A stretch of 63,887 nucleotides of DNA, filler included, from Reclinomonas americana ATCC 50394 (Eukaryota): assembly GCA_048213135.1 (NCBI GenBank). It is 4 parts of 3 records of this genome, joined end to end, with 100 filler letters (N's around TTAATTAATTAA, not from the genome) between each part and the next. Parts side by side here need not be neighbours in the genome. Positions count along the whole stretch, not along the records: positions 37,089 to 61,827 come from PS015085.1; positions 61,928 to 63,887 come from PS015086.1; 2 more parts are not named here. One strand, given 5' to 3'. Of this stretch, positions 46,648-61,929 are shown piece by piece (position 1 is the stretch's first letter; each line of letters opens with the position of its first letter). The notes beneath the pieces were generated by a model. That model did no database searches and was not told the DNA's origin. It worked only from the letters and a program-made list of their open reading frames with translations. Both the position numbers and the translations under genes were made by a program.

Positions 46648-47843
46648 ATGAAGGAGGAGCTTTTTGGTTGTTTCTCGGATTGCGGTGCGTGCTGTTCGCG
46701 GCATTGATGAGTGGTATGAAGAGGGACGAGAGGAAACGCGTGCTGCTCGTGTCTTGCGTGTGTGCGCCCAGCGCGGGGAATGTCACCGCCACACTTTTTG
46801 AAAAAACGCAGCACACTTTTGTGTGGCTTCGTGTCACTCGCAGCGGTACACCCAGTGCCTTTGTTGTATATGAGTGCCTCTTTCGCGATGGGGACGGAGG
46901 AGAGATGCACAGATTCAGTGACTGCGTGCTCATACGTTGTCTGCGACAGGTGGCTGCCTGTGCTCCACGTTCTGGTTTGTTTTTCGTGTCTGCAACACTC
47001 CCATCTACAACGATCTGCGCAGGAAATGCTGATGATTTTGTTCGCCCATTTTTTCGCGCCATTTAGCTTTGCCTGCCAGGCGGGCCGCAATGACTTTGGT
47101 GAGTGGCGCATGAACATGCGTGTACAACAAGGGAGCGCACGGCAGCTTACTACTTTTTGTTCCCGCGCGGTAGCCATGGAGGAGCTGCAAGCTGGCCGTG
47201 GCAAGGACACTGAGTACGGCCAGGGCATGATCGGCATTCCCTGCTTCCTCTGTGAGTTTGATTGCGTCCTCGCTTGCATCACACATGCGAAGCAGTGTCC
47301 TTACTTCCTACGACCCTCACAGCTTGGTGCTGCACACCGGTTGCGTTGATATATTTCCGACTGATATCGATTGTATTTCTTCGCGGCTGTTCTCTGACTG
47401 TGGCGTTCTTGCTGGCGTTACTATCTTCCGACAGTTCGTTGCGTGACAACTGCGAAGCTTGCAGCTGGATTTGCGCAACACGTGCATGGGTGTACATGTA
47501 TATGTGCTGACACCGCCCCTGTTTTGTGGTTTCACGATCAGTTCTACTACCTGATTTGCTGCAAGCATCCGAAGGCCATCCGCGAGATTATGAAGGAGGA
47601 GCCCGGTACATGCATGGGCGACTTCCTCGTCGGTTCGTTGCTAGCTGAGAGTGTGCAGAGAAGCATCATTTGGGTTCTCTGCATTTCCTTCCTATTTTTC
47701 TCTCTTTTTTTATGCAAGCGTGTAATTCACTGACCACTCATGCACATGTAGGCTGCTTCTGCTGCTGCTGCCGCAATGCCCAGATTGGCCGCGAGCTCAA
47801 GATGCACGCTCCCTTGAAACAACGCACCGGCATGGGCCACTAA
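46648..47843 (+). CDS. PLAC8-family Cys-rich protein, tandem copy 2
   Basis: MKEELFGCFSDCGGCLCSTFCFACQAGRNDF...WCCTP(F)FYYLICCKHPKAIREIMKEEPGTCMGDFLVGCFCCCCRNAQIGRELKMH. Same intron positions as copy 1. Confidence 0.92.
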
Positions 47844-48052
47844 ATGAGCCACGCACGGTAGTTTCTGTCTGCGAGTGCACGAGGTGTCAGATGTCGCTCA
47901 AAACGGCATCACTGCGCTTGTCCACTCCACCGCACCTCCCTTTCAACTCTTGACTATTTTGCGCCACTTTCCGTTCTCTCGTATCAAAAACATGAAAATG
48001 GAATATGTGTGCAATCCTCCACTGCTTGTGTGGTGTCTCCTCCTTCATCAAA

Positions 48053-48122
48053 GGGCACTTAGCTTAATGGCGGAGCACCTGCACCTGGCGGGAGGTCGTC
48101 GGTTCGAGTCCGGCAGTGTCCT
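48053..48122 (+). tRNA. tRNA-like gene/pseudo-tRNA (Ala-like acceptor G3:U70, aberrant 5-nt anticodon loop)
   Basis: Acceptor GGGCACT/AGTGTCC; D arm GCTT-AATGGCG-GAGC; anticodon arm CCTGC-ACCTG-GCGGG; variable loop AGGTC; T arm GTCGG-TTCGAGT-CCGGC. A and B boxes are intact. Confidence 0.75.
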
Positions 48123-48129
48123 TGCATAT

Positions 48130-48175
48130 CGACTGAGATCGTAGGTCTCGGTCGCCCCCCTTTTTGTTATTTTTT
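48130..48175 (+). terminator. Hairpin followed by oligo-T (likely Pol III terminator) downstream of the tRNA-like gene
   Basis: CGACTGAGATC-GTA-GGTCTCGGTCG (11 bp with 2 G:U) at 48130-48154, then TTTTT at 48161-48165 and a second T run. Confidence 0.6.
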
Positions 48176-48323
48176 GTGCACCACCCTTGACACCCCCTAC
48201 CATCTGCGTGGAGTCCCACCACTGCCTAGGTGCCAGCAACGTGCTGCGGAATGCAGAGAACGGGCGACATTTCAGTTGTGAAGAGGAGCCAAAAAAGGAA
48301 CTCGCAACCAAAATATTGGTTCA

Positions 48324-53111
<4,788 letters not shown>

Positions 53112-53732
53112 GACGGAGTGGAAAGTGACTGAAGGGACAGCAACGAAGTCCTGCACTTCGATGGTCTCGAGGTTTGCTATGACCAACAGCTGTTCTTTGA
53201 TAGCTGCTTGAGCAGATAGACATCAAAGAACGCTGAGTGAAGCACCAGCTGTCACTTGCTGCTTCCCATCAAGCAGCAGCAAATCCAGAGTTGACCGGCT
53301 GTCTTGCAAAGGTCGTAGCTTCCAGAGACGCTCCGGCAGTCAGGGTATTGACAGGGCCGCCGGGCACGATACCGCTTGGTGTGTGAAATCCGGATTTCCA
53401 TCACGGTTTCGTAATACGATCGGAGTCTTCACACTCTCCTCTCGTTTTGCACTTTCTTTCCTGTTGAAAGAAACCAAGTGAACTCCCGTCATTGTGTTGA
53501 CTCTGATCGTTCACGTCGAAAGGGTGCTGCAGCAGCCAGGCAGTCTGTCCACAGTACCTTTTGCGGAGCGCACCGCTCCATGTCCTTCACGACTGCCTCG
53601 TTCGTGAAGTGACCCTCGACCCATGGGTTGACAGTCCCGCCTCGCCAGCACCAGCAGTCTTCCGTCAGCCGCCCTTCCCTCTTCACAAACACAACACAAC
53701 AATTACCGATTTACCAAACTACACCGCCGCGA

Positions 53733-56700
53733 TCATCTCGGCTGATCGTCGTCGTCATGCGGCAGTAATCTTGTCTCCGCAGTCGGCGGCTCGTGGTGCA
53801 CCGACTGCATGGCGGGCGGGTTGCCTTGCGTGTTGAGGAAGGGTTCATGCAGCGTGCCGCCTGGCGACTTGTCGCGGTTGCGACGCTTCACGATGAAGTT
53901 GCCGAGGGCGACGAGGATGCGAAAGGCGAATCCACAACCTGCGTGGTGCACACGAGATGAGATGGCGTAGGATAATAGGAGACAGCACCCAGGGAACACT
54001 CACCGCCAGCAATGCCGATGAGCGAGCCAAAGTACTCGCTGAGAGTCGTCGGTGTCTGTATGCGAGAGAGGAGTGAGACTCTAAACGAAGAAAGAGTGAG
54101 TCCCTGGAGTGTCGCGAACCTCGGCAAAGCTGCAGCACACAATCACAAGAGGAGCAGTGTGAGTGAGTGCACGGATTCACTTGCATGTAGAATGCACAAG
54201 GTCACGCACTTGAGGTACGTCGGCGAACTGGAACTGACGAGAATCGTGACAGCGGCCTCGGGTCCAAACGCCTTGCCAAGGTTGCCCTGACTGACTTGGA
54301 AGCTGTGTGGAGCCGAAGTCAGGCACAATCGACGTCACGCAAGGCGGCGTGCAGCGCAACTCGAATTCGGTGAATGACTTGCCACTGTTCTGGTACTTGT
54401 ACACATTCGGGTTGATCAGCACCACGTTCTCCGAGCCAACGTTGAGGGAGACGCCGGTCATGCCCTGCGGCTCGGCAATCACCGCCTTCCAACTCCACTC
54501 CGTGTACGGGAGGCCGTTGGTGTCCTGCAAAGATGTCAACTTGGCAGGCGGGAGGAGACGGCGCGTGGTGCGTTCATAAACACACCGGCGTGGGCGGAAT
54601 GGTGAGGGTGGCGGGGTCGAGACCGTTCTTGGGAGTAAAGAGGAACATTTGCATGGAGCTATTTGTCATGACGTTCTGTACGGAGGGGAGTGAGTGAATA
54701 AGAGAGAGACAGAGAGAGAGAGGGCAGCGTGAGGCACGGGAGGCTCACATTGGTGTCCTTGTTCAGGCCGACAATGACCCACGTGCGCGATTGCAGCGAC
54801 GCCGAGTACGACAGGCGCGGTTGGAACAGGTTGACGTAGTAGCAGTAGACGTTGACTGAGCAAAGGGAAGTGAGTGCCGGAGGGTGAATACGAGGATAGG
54901 GGGCACATTACGCACCCGTGGCAGTCGCGCCGTGCGAGATGGTGCCGAGATACGAGGCCTGCGAGATGCTCGGCCATCTGTGTGAAGCAGGGAGTGAGGA
55001 TAAACGAAGGGAAGGAGGAGAGGTAGAGGGGGGACAAGAGGAGGAGAAGAAGAACAAGGAGGGAAGAATAAGAAGAAGAAGAAAAAAGAGCAGGGGGAGC
55101 AGCAGCAGCAGCAGGAGGAGGAGGAGGAGGAGGAGGAGGAGGAGGAGAGTAACGCACACAAGGTCGGCTTCGCAAGCAGTCAGGCTGCCGAAAACATTGG
55201 TGGTGGCGCAGTACATGGGCGGGATCTGTAGAGAGATGATGAGCGCACGGCGTGGCAGCAGCAGAGAAGGTGAGAAACGCACCAGGCTCGCGTCGACCAC
55301 GGTGTCGGGGGCGTAGAGGCACACGGCAAAGGCAGGGAATGGTACCTCTGCGTAAACGGGGGAAGGGGGTGAGGAGATGGTGTGGAAAGGGAGTTGGAGA
55401 AAAGAGGAGGAGGAGGAGGAGGAGGAGGAGGAGAAGGAGAAGGAGAAGGAGGAGGAGGAGGAGAAAACAAGAAGAAGGAGGAGGAGAAGAGGGGAAAAGA
55501 AGAAGAAGAAGAATTCAGAGAGAGGAGGAGAAGAGGGGAAAAGAAGAAGAGCAAGAACAGGAAGGAGAAGAAGAAGACGCCGAAGAGCAAAACAAGAACA
55601 AGAACACGATGAATGCAAGAAGAACAAGAGAGGAGCAGAAGTCAATGATGAAAACAAGAAAACAACAGAAGAGAGGAGGAGAAGGAAGAGGAAGATAAAC
55701 AGGATAAACGGAAGGAGAAGAAGAACAAGAACTCGAAGAATGCAAGAAGAACAACAAGAAACAACAGAGGAGAAGAGGAGAAGGAAGAGGAAGATAAACA
55801 GGGAGGTAAAGAAGAAGGAGAAGAAGAAGACGCCCAAGAACACAAAGAATGCAAGAAGAACAAGAAAGAGAAGCAGAAGCCAAGCATGAAAACAAAAGAG
55901 GAGAAGAGGAGAAGGAAGAGGAAGATAAACAGGAAGGAGAAGAAGAAGAAGAAGACGCCGAAGAAATACACGAAGAAAACATGAAGAATGCAAAGAAGAA
56001 CAAGAAGGAGAAGGCAGGGAAGAAGACGAACAAGAAGGAGATGCAGAAGTCAATGATGAAAACAAAAGAGGAGAAGGAAGAGGAAGACAAACAGGAAGGA
56101 GAAGGAGAAGACGCCGAAGAGCAAAAAAAACAAGAAACAAGGAGGAGGAATGAACAGAGACCGAACAGATCAGTCACTCCCTCTCCCTCCCCCTCTCCCT
56201 CCCCCTCTCTCTCCCCTCTTCAACACACCACTCGTGAGCGTCAAGGGCGTCACAGTCCACGGAGGCAGATTGCGCGACTGCACAAGACGACTTGACACAT
56301 TCTCAGTGAGCGACACACACACAAGAGACTAGACAGTGAGTGAAAGTGAGCAGCAGAACTCTGTGTAATAGCCAAAGAAGCCGATGAAAACGGCTGCGGA
56401 GATGATGAGCGGGAACCATCTGTGTGTGAGAGAGAGAGAGTGAGTGAGTGTTAGATGCGACTGTGCGTGATCTCGACGCAACAATGTAAGTGTTCTGTTG
56501 GTTACGCATGAGCAGCGCACATTGGAGGAAGTTGCAGTCATTCCTCTCTCTCTCTCTCTCTCTCTCACTGAGAGGCCGGCCTGAGTTTCCAGACACAGGA
56601 CACTTCTCCGCTTGTCGCAGACGGATGGGTATCAGCACGCACTTGTGTGCTATGTATCTATGACAGCGATCTCAATAACATGGCACTTTGTGTTTGGGGA

Positions 56701-56982
56701 GAAACGTCGATCGCGACGTCGACACACAGTATCTTCGACGTCGACGTCGGTGTACACAGCGGCTGCCTTGATGGCCAAGTCTACCTGCAAACAATTTATG
56801 CACCTTCGTTTTATGATTACCACTTGTCCTCTCCGCGCAGTTGATCGCTGCTTGTGGAACTTTTGAATTGGCCAAGGAAAAATAAAATTCGATTTCTCCT
56901 GCTCCGTACCGTCGTCAAGGGCAAAGATAGCCGTGGTCGGGGCCGCACTTGCATCAGCGGCAGGCATTCCTCTCTCTGCCAT
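53733..56982 (-). CDS. Two-TM membrane protein resembling the DEG/ENaC/PAC (TMEM206) channel superfamily, compact ectodomain
   Basis: Hydrophobic TM1 WFPLIISAAVFIGFFGYY, then PPWTVTPLTLTSEVPFPAFAVC (FPAxTxC-like), a beta-rich ectodomain, pre-TM2/TM2 IQTPTTLSEYFGSLIGIAGGCGFAFRILVALG and a short hydrophilic tail. 5' exon junctions are partly unresolved. Confidence 0.6.
55500..56150 (+). repeat. Purine-rich degenerate intronic minisatellite
   Basis: GAAGGAAGAGGAAGA(T/C)AAACAGG x4 and GCAGAAGTCAATGATGAAAACAA x2. Confidence 0.8.
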
Positions 56983-57343
56983 TTTCAGGCACACATTGAC
57001 TCTTTGCAGTTCATTCGTTCGATCGCAACTGCCGTTATTACTTACGTCTTCAAACACACGCACACGCGCACACACACACACATGCTCTCCGGTGGGTGCA
57101 TGCTGATGCGTGCGTGTGTGATTGCCTCGTGTTGATTCATGTTAATGCACAGCAAGCAACACCGCCGCCACGCTGCGAGAGGAAGACGCGGGAAAAACGA
57201 TGTTTCTGGGCGGGAATGCATGCGCAATGATACACTTGCCCTCGCGAGTTGTGACGAGGAACACAAGGCGGTGTGTATGTGTGTGTATGTACGCATGTCG
57301 GTCGCTGATGCACTCACCTTGGTCACTGATGCACTCGTTTGTA

Positions 57344-60300
57344 ATGTCGCCTGACTTGCGCATCTTCCAGCTGCGTCCTCCGCCTGTCGCGACGGCCTCC
57401 TTGTGCTCCTCGAATCGTCGTGCTAGGCGGTGGTTGTGGCGCCTCCCGATCCGTCCCTTCCCCGCGTCCACCTGTTACTGCTGTAAAGTACGAAGTGCCC
57501 TCCCCAGCGGCACCCACTCTGCAGCCTCCTTCCCCTCGAGCTCTGGCATCGAATCCACCGCTGCAGCAACAGGCGGACGCCCTCCACGAGGCCAGCACCT
57601 TGCCACCACGTCAGCCTCCTTCCCCTCAGCCGCCCGAGTCGCCGCTGCACCAGCAGGCGGACCCCCTTCCCGAGGCCAACTGCTTGCCTCCACCGCCCGC
57701 TCTTCCGCCTCCAGCCCCTCAGCCGCCCAAGTCGCCGCTGCAGCAAAAGATCGACGCCCTTCATGAGGCCAACACCTTGAAGGCCATTCTTCCACTGGCT
57801 GGCGATCCGAGCAACTTGTCGACGCTGGAGTGCCTTGTTGCGTTCATCGCTGACGACACACACGCACACGCACTTAGTCACCCATCATGCACACGACNNN
57901 NNNNNNNNNNNNNNNNNNNNNNNNNNNNNNNNNNNNNNNNNNNNNNNNNNNNNNNNNNNNNNNNNNNNNNNNNNNNNNNNNNNNNNNNNNNNNNNNNNNN
58001 NNNNNNNNNNNNNNNNNNNNNNNNNNNTCTCCCTCCCTCTCTCTCTCCTCACATTCTCTCGTGCAGCTGCTACTCATCAATACGGTGGTGCTACTGCTGG
58101 ATGGCTACGACGAGTGTGACCAAGCACCCGGAAACTTGTATGTCACCCACGAACTGCACGTTGCGTGAAAAGCATTCACATACTGGTAGCTCATATCGCT
58201 TCTCACTGCTGTTGCACAGCTGTGGCCAAACATCCTTCTCGTCGTGTCTGTTCGACGCGAATTCATCAGCCGCCTCGGCAACTTGTGGGCGGAGAGTCAC
58301 TTTGTGCCAGTGGACCCTGCGATGTCGCGCGCTGCACGACTTTATGAACCCGAGTGCACGCTGGCACGATGCATGCTTCGTTTGTTCTCCAAGGACGACA
58401 TCGATCTCTTTCTGCAAAAGTTGAACAATCATGCCGAGTTCATGTCGTGAGACAAGCGCAAATGCTAACGTCTGCGTACAGGTTTGTGGAGTCGCGCGTG
58501 GATCATCCGCGCACCTGGCAGCAGTACAAGCGGCAGATTGAGCGCACACCGGGACTGGAAGGACTTGCGCCTTCGGTGAGTTAGCACTCAGTAGAAGGAG
58601 GACAACACGGTAGTGGGAATTGTTTTCTCACATTTTCTTAATCACGCAGCCACTCATGTTAAACATGATTGTTCTGGTCATCGAAGATCTGGAGCGTCTG
58701 ACCCAGAGGCGCAACGGCGGTGCGTCGATGACTCGAGTAACGCGTACACGACTGTATGAGGCATTCGCGAAACACAAGCTGCAGTGGGAGTTCGAGCATC
58801 ACAATGCGCACATTCGTCAGGTGTGCATGTATCTGCTGGCGTTTGTTTGTTTGTGGTGAGATGTACGAAATCCTTAGCTGTATCTGTGCGATGCGCAGCT
58901 GTATGGCGACGATATCTCGGAGGAGGATTTCAGTCTGCGGGTGTGGGACTTGTGCTCGGACCTGGCGGGTGAGATGATGCTGCACTCGTTGACGTCGGTG
59001 CGGCAGGGCCAGCTCGAGGTACGTGGCTGTAGCGTGTGGTTGAGTCTCTCCTTTCCCCTCCCGCGAGTTTGCCTTCTCTTTTGCTCACGCGGACCGCACT
59101 TTCGTGTATCCGGCGCCGCAGCGCACACAAAGAGCTGTCGCGGAGCAGCATTTGTGGAACAAGTGGTTTGATCGAGATGATGCGTTGCAGAACTCGGTCG
59201 TCCGTGCTGTTGCGTCCGTTCAGTTGGAGAAAATTCATCACTTCTAGTCCCCGTGTCTCACCCCCCCTATGCAGGCACTGCTCAAGTGGAGTCTGTTGGG
59301 AGTGTCGCAGCAACGCGTGGAGTTTATGCACAAATCGGTGCTAGAGTACTTTGCCGCGCAGTCGTGGCTCGCTGATGTGCAAATGCTGGCCCGTGGCGAG
59401 ATTGAATTGGAGGTCAGTGATGTGCTTTTGCCTGTTCTTCTGCATGAATCCTCATCCCTATCCAAATGTGCTGTCCTCTGCAGGATCGTCTTGACAGGCT
59501 GTGCTGCAGCTTGAGTGGTCAACGTACGCTGCTCACATCAGATGAAGTGAGCAACTTTTGTATTTTATTAATCACGCGCGCTCGCCTCGCCACTCATGTC
59601 TGAACCCGCAGGCGCTCAACTCCGTCCTTTCGTTCGCGGCCGAGCAAGTGCGCACTGAGCCGGCACTGCAGGACGTGTTGTGGAGTGCGATTGCACTGTC
59701 GCAGACGGAGGAGAGGGTTGCGGCAGTGGCATCGAGTGCTGCCAGTGCACTGTGTCTTGCCGAGGTCCCGTTCAGCGGACGAGGCTTGTCGGGTGTGCGA
59801 GTGTCGGGCGCAGATCTGAGAGATGCCGTGATGCACAAGACGGTGTGGACGGCAGCCGATTTACGAGGTGCGAATCTTGGCATGGCGTTTGCACGAGGGG
59901 CAGACTTCAGGGATGCGATACTGGAGGGCACCAAGTTTCCCCCCAAATCATTGCAAGGCCACACGAGGGAGGTGCGTGCGCTGGCTGTGACACCCGATGG
60001 CCAGCACATTGTGAGCGGCAGTCCAGACATGACAATACGGGTGTGGTCGGTGGCAAGTGGCGAGGAGGTGCGCCGGTTGGAGGGCCACACAGAAGATGTT
60101 TACGCCCTGGCAGTGACACCGGATGGTCAGCACGTTGTGAGTGGCAGCCTTGACATGACTGTACGGGTGTGGTCACTGGCAAGTGGTGCTGAGGTGCGCC
60201 GACTGGGAAGCCGCATGGGTGCAGTGACTGCAGTGGCCGTGACTCCCGATGGCGAGCACGCTGTGTGTAGCTGCTTGGACAAGACTGTACGAGTGTGCTC

Positions 60301-61827
60301 ACTTGCACGTGGCGAGGAGGTGCGCCGACTGGAAGGCCACACGAGTTTCGTGAACGCAGTGGCAGTGACACCCGACGGGCAGCACGTTGTCAGCGGAGGT
60401 AACGACATGACCGTTCGAATGTGGTCACTGGCCAGTGGCAAAGAGGTGCGCCGATTCGAAGGACACACGTGGTATGTGAATGCAGTGTCAGTGACACTGG
60501 ATGGCCAGCACGTTGTGAGTTGCAGTGAGGACAGGACCGTACGGGTGTGGTCGCTGGTAAGTGGCNNNNNNNNNNNNNNNNNNNNNNNNNNNNNNNNNNN
60601 NNNNNNNNNNNNNNNNNNNNNNNNNNNNNNNNNNNNNNNNNNNNNNNNNNNNNNNNNNNNNNNNNNNNNNNNNNNNNNNNNNNNNNNNNNNNNNNNNNNN
60701 NNNNNNNNNNNNNNNNNNNNNNNNNNNNNNNNNNNNNNNNNNNNNNNNNNNNNNNNNNNNNNNNNNNNNNNNNNNNNNNNNNNNNNNNNNNNNNNNNNNN
60801 NNNNNNNNNNNNNNNNNNNNNNNNNNNNNNNNNNNNNNNNNNNNNNNNNNNNNNNNNNNNNNNNNNNNNNNNNNNNNNNNNNNNNNNNNNNNNNNNNNNN
60901 NNNNNNNNNNNNNNNNNNNNNNNNNNNNNNNNNNNNNNNNNNNNNNNNNNNNNNNNNNNNNNNNNNNNNNNNNNNNNNNNNNNNNNNNNNNNNNNNNNNN
61001 NNNNNNNNNNNNNNNNNNNNNNNNNNNNNNNNNNNNNNNNNNNNNNNNNNNNNNNNNNNNNNNNNNNNNNNNNNNNNNNNNNNNNNNNNNNNNNNNNNNN
61101 NNNNNNNNNNNNNNNNNNNNNNNNNNNNNNNNNNNNNNNNNNNNNNNNNNNNNNNNNNNNNNNNNNNNNNNNNNNNNNNNNNNNNNNNNNNNNNNNNNNN
61201 NNNNNNNNNNNNNNNNNNNNNNNNNNNNNNNNNNNNNNNNNNNNNNNNNNNNNNNNNNNNNNNNNNNNNNNNNNNNNNNNNNNNNNNNNNNNNNNNNNNN
61301 NNNNNNNNNNNNNNNNNNNNNNNNNNNNNNNNNNNNNNNNNNNNNNNNNNNNNNNNNNNNNNNNNNNNNNNNNNNNNNNNNNNNNNGAGGAGGTGCGCCA
61401 ACTTGAGGGCTACACGAGTAATGTGAATACAGTGGCACTGACACCCGATGGCCAACACGTTGTAAGTGGCAGTGCGGACAATGTGCGAGTGTTGTCACTG
61501 GCGAATGGTAATGAAGTGCGCCGACTGGAAGGTCACACGGGGGAGGTGCTTGTCGTGGCCGTGACACCCAACGGCCACATTGTGAGTGGCGGTCGAGACA
61601 AGACTATTCGGTTATGGTCACTGGCAAGTGATGAGGACGTACGCCGACTGGGAGGTCACACAATGGATGTGACCGCAGTGGTAGTGACACCCGACGGTCA
61701 GCACATTGTGAGTGGCAGCAATGACAATACTGTGCGTGTGTGGTTACTGGCAAGTGGCGAAGAAGTGCGCCGGTTGGAAGGCCATAGAAGTTTGGTGGCT
61801 TCCATAGCAGTGACGCCCGACGGTCAG
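57344..61827 (+). CDS. NACHT-like NTPase + pentapeptide repeats + tandem WD40 repeats (NLR/HNWD-like); start uncertain, 3' end in gap
   Basis: Walker B LLLDGYDE; PLML; TRTRLYEAF; winged-helix EFMHKSVLEYFAAQ; ASSAASALC..FSGRGLSGVRVSGADLRDA...ADLRGANL; at least 9 ~42-aa WD40 repeats LEGHTxxVxAVAVTPDGQHVVSGxxDxTVRVW. Confidence 0.88.
59950..61827 (+). repeat. 126-bp tandem WD40-coding repeats (interrupted by a gap)
   Basis: High nucleotide similarity between consecutive units (GTGACACCCGATGGCCAGCAC...GAGGAGGTGCGCCG). Confidence 0.9.
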
Positions 61828-61929
61828 NNNNNNNNNNNNNNNNNNNNNNNNNNNNNNNNNNNNNNNNNNNNTTAATTAATTAANNNNNNNNNNNNNNNNN
61901 NNNNNNNNNNNNNNNNNNNNNNNNNNNAA

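Noticed and set aside
59191-59208. Apparent 18-nt microexon in the NACHT gene
   Set aside because: The upstream sequence is open in the same frame (LWNKWFDRDDALQNSVVRA), so it is the end of a larger exon.
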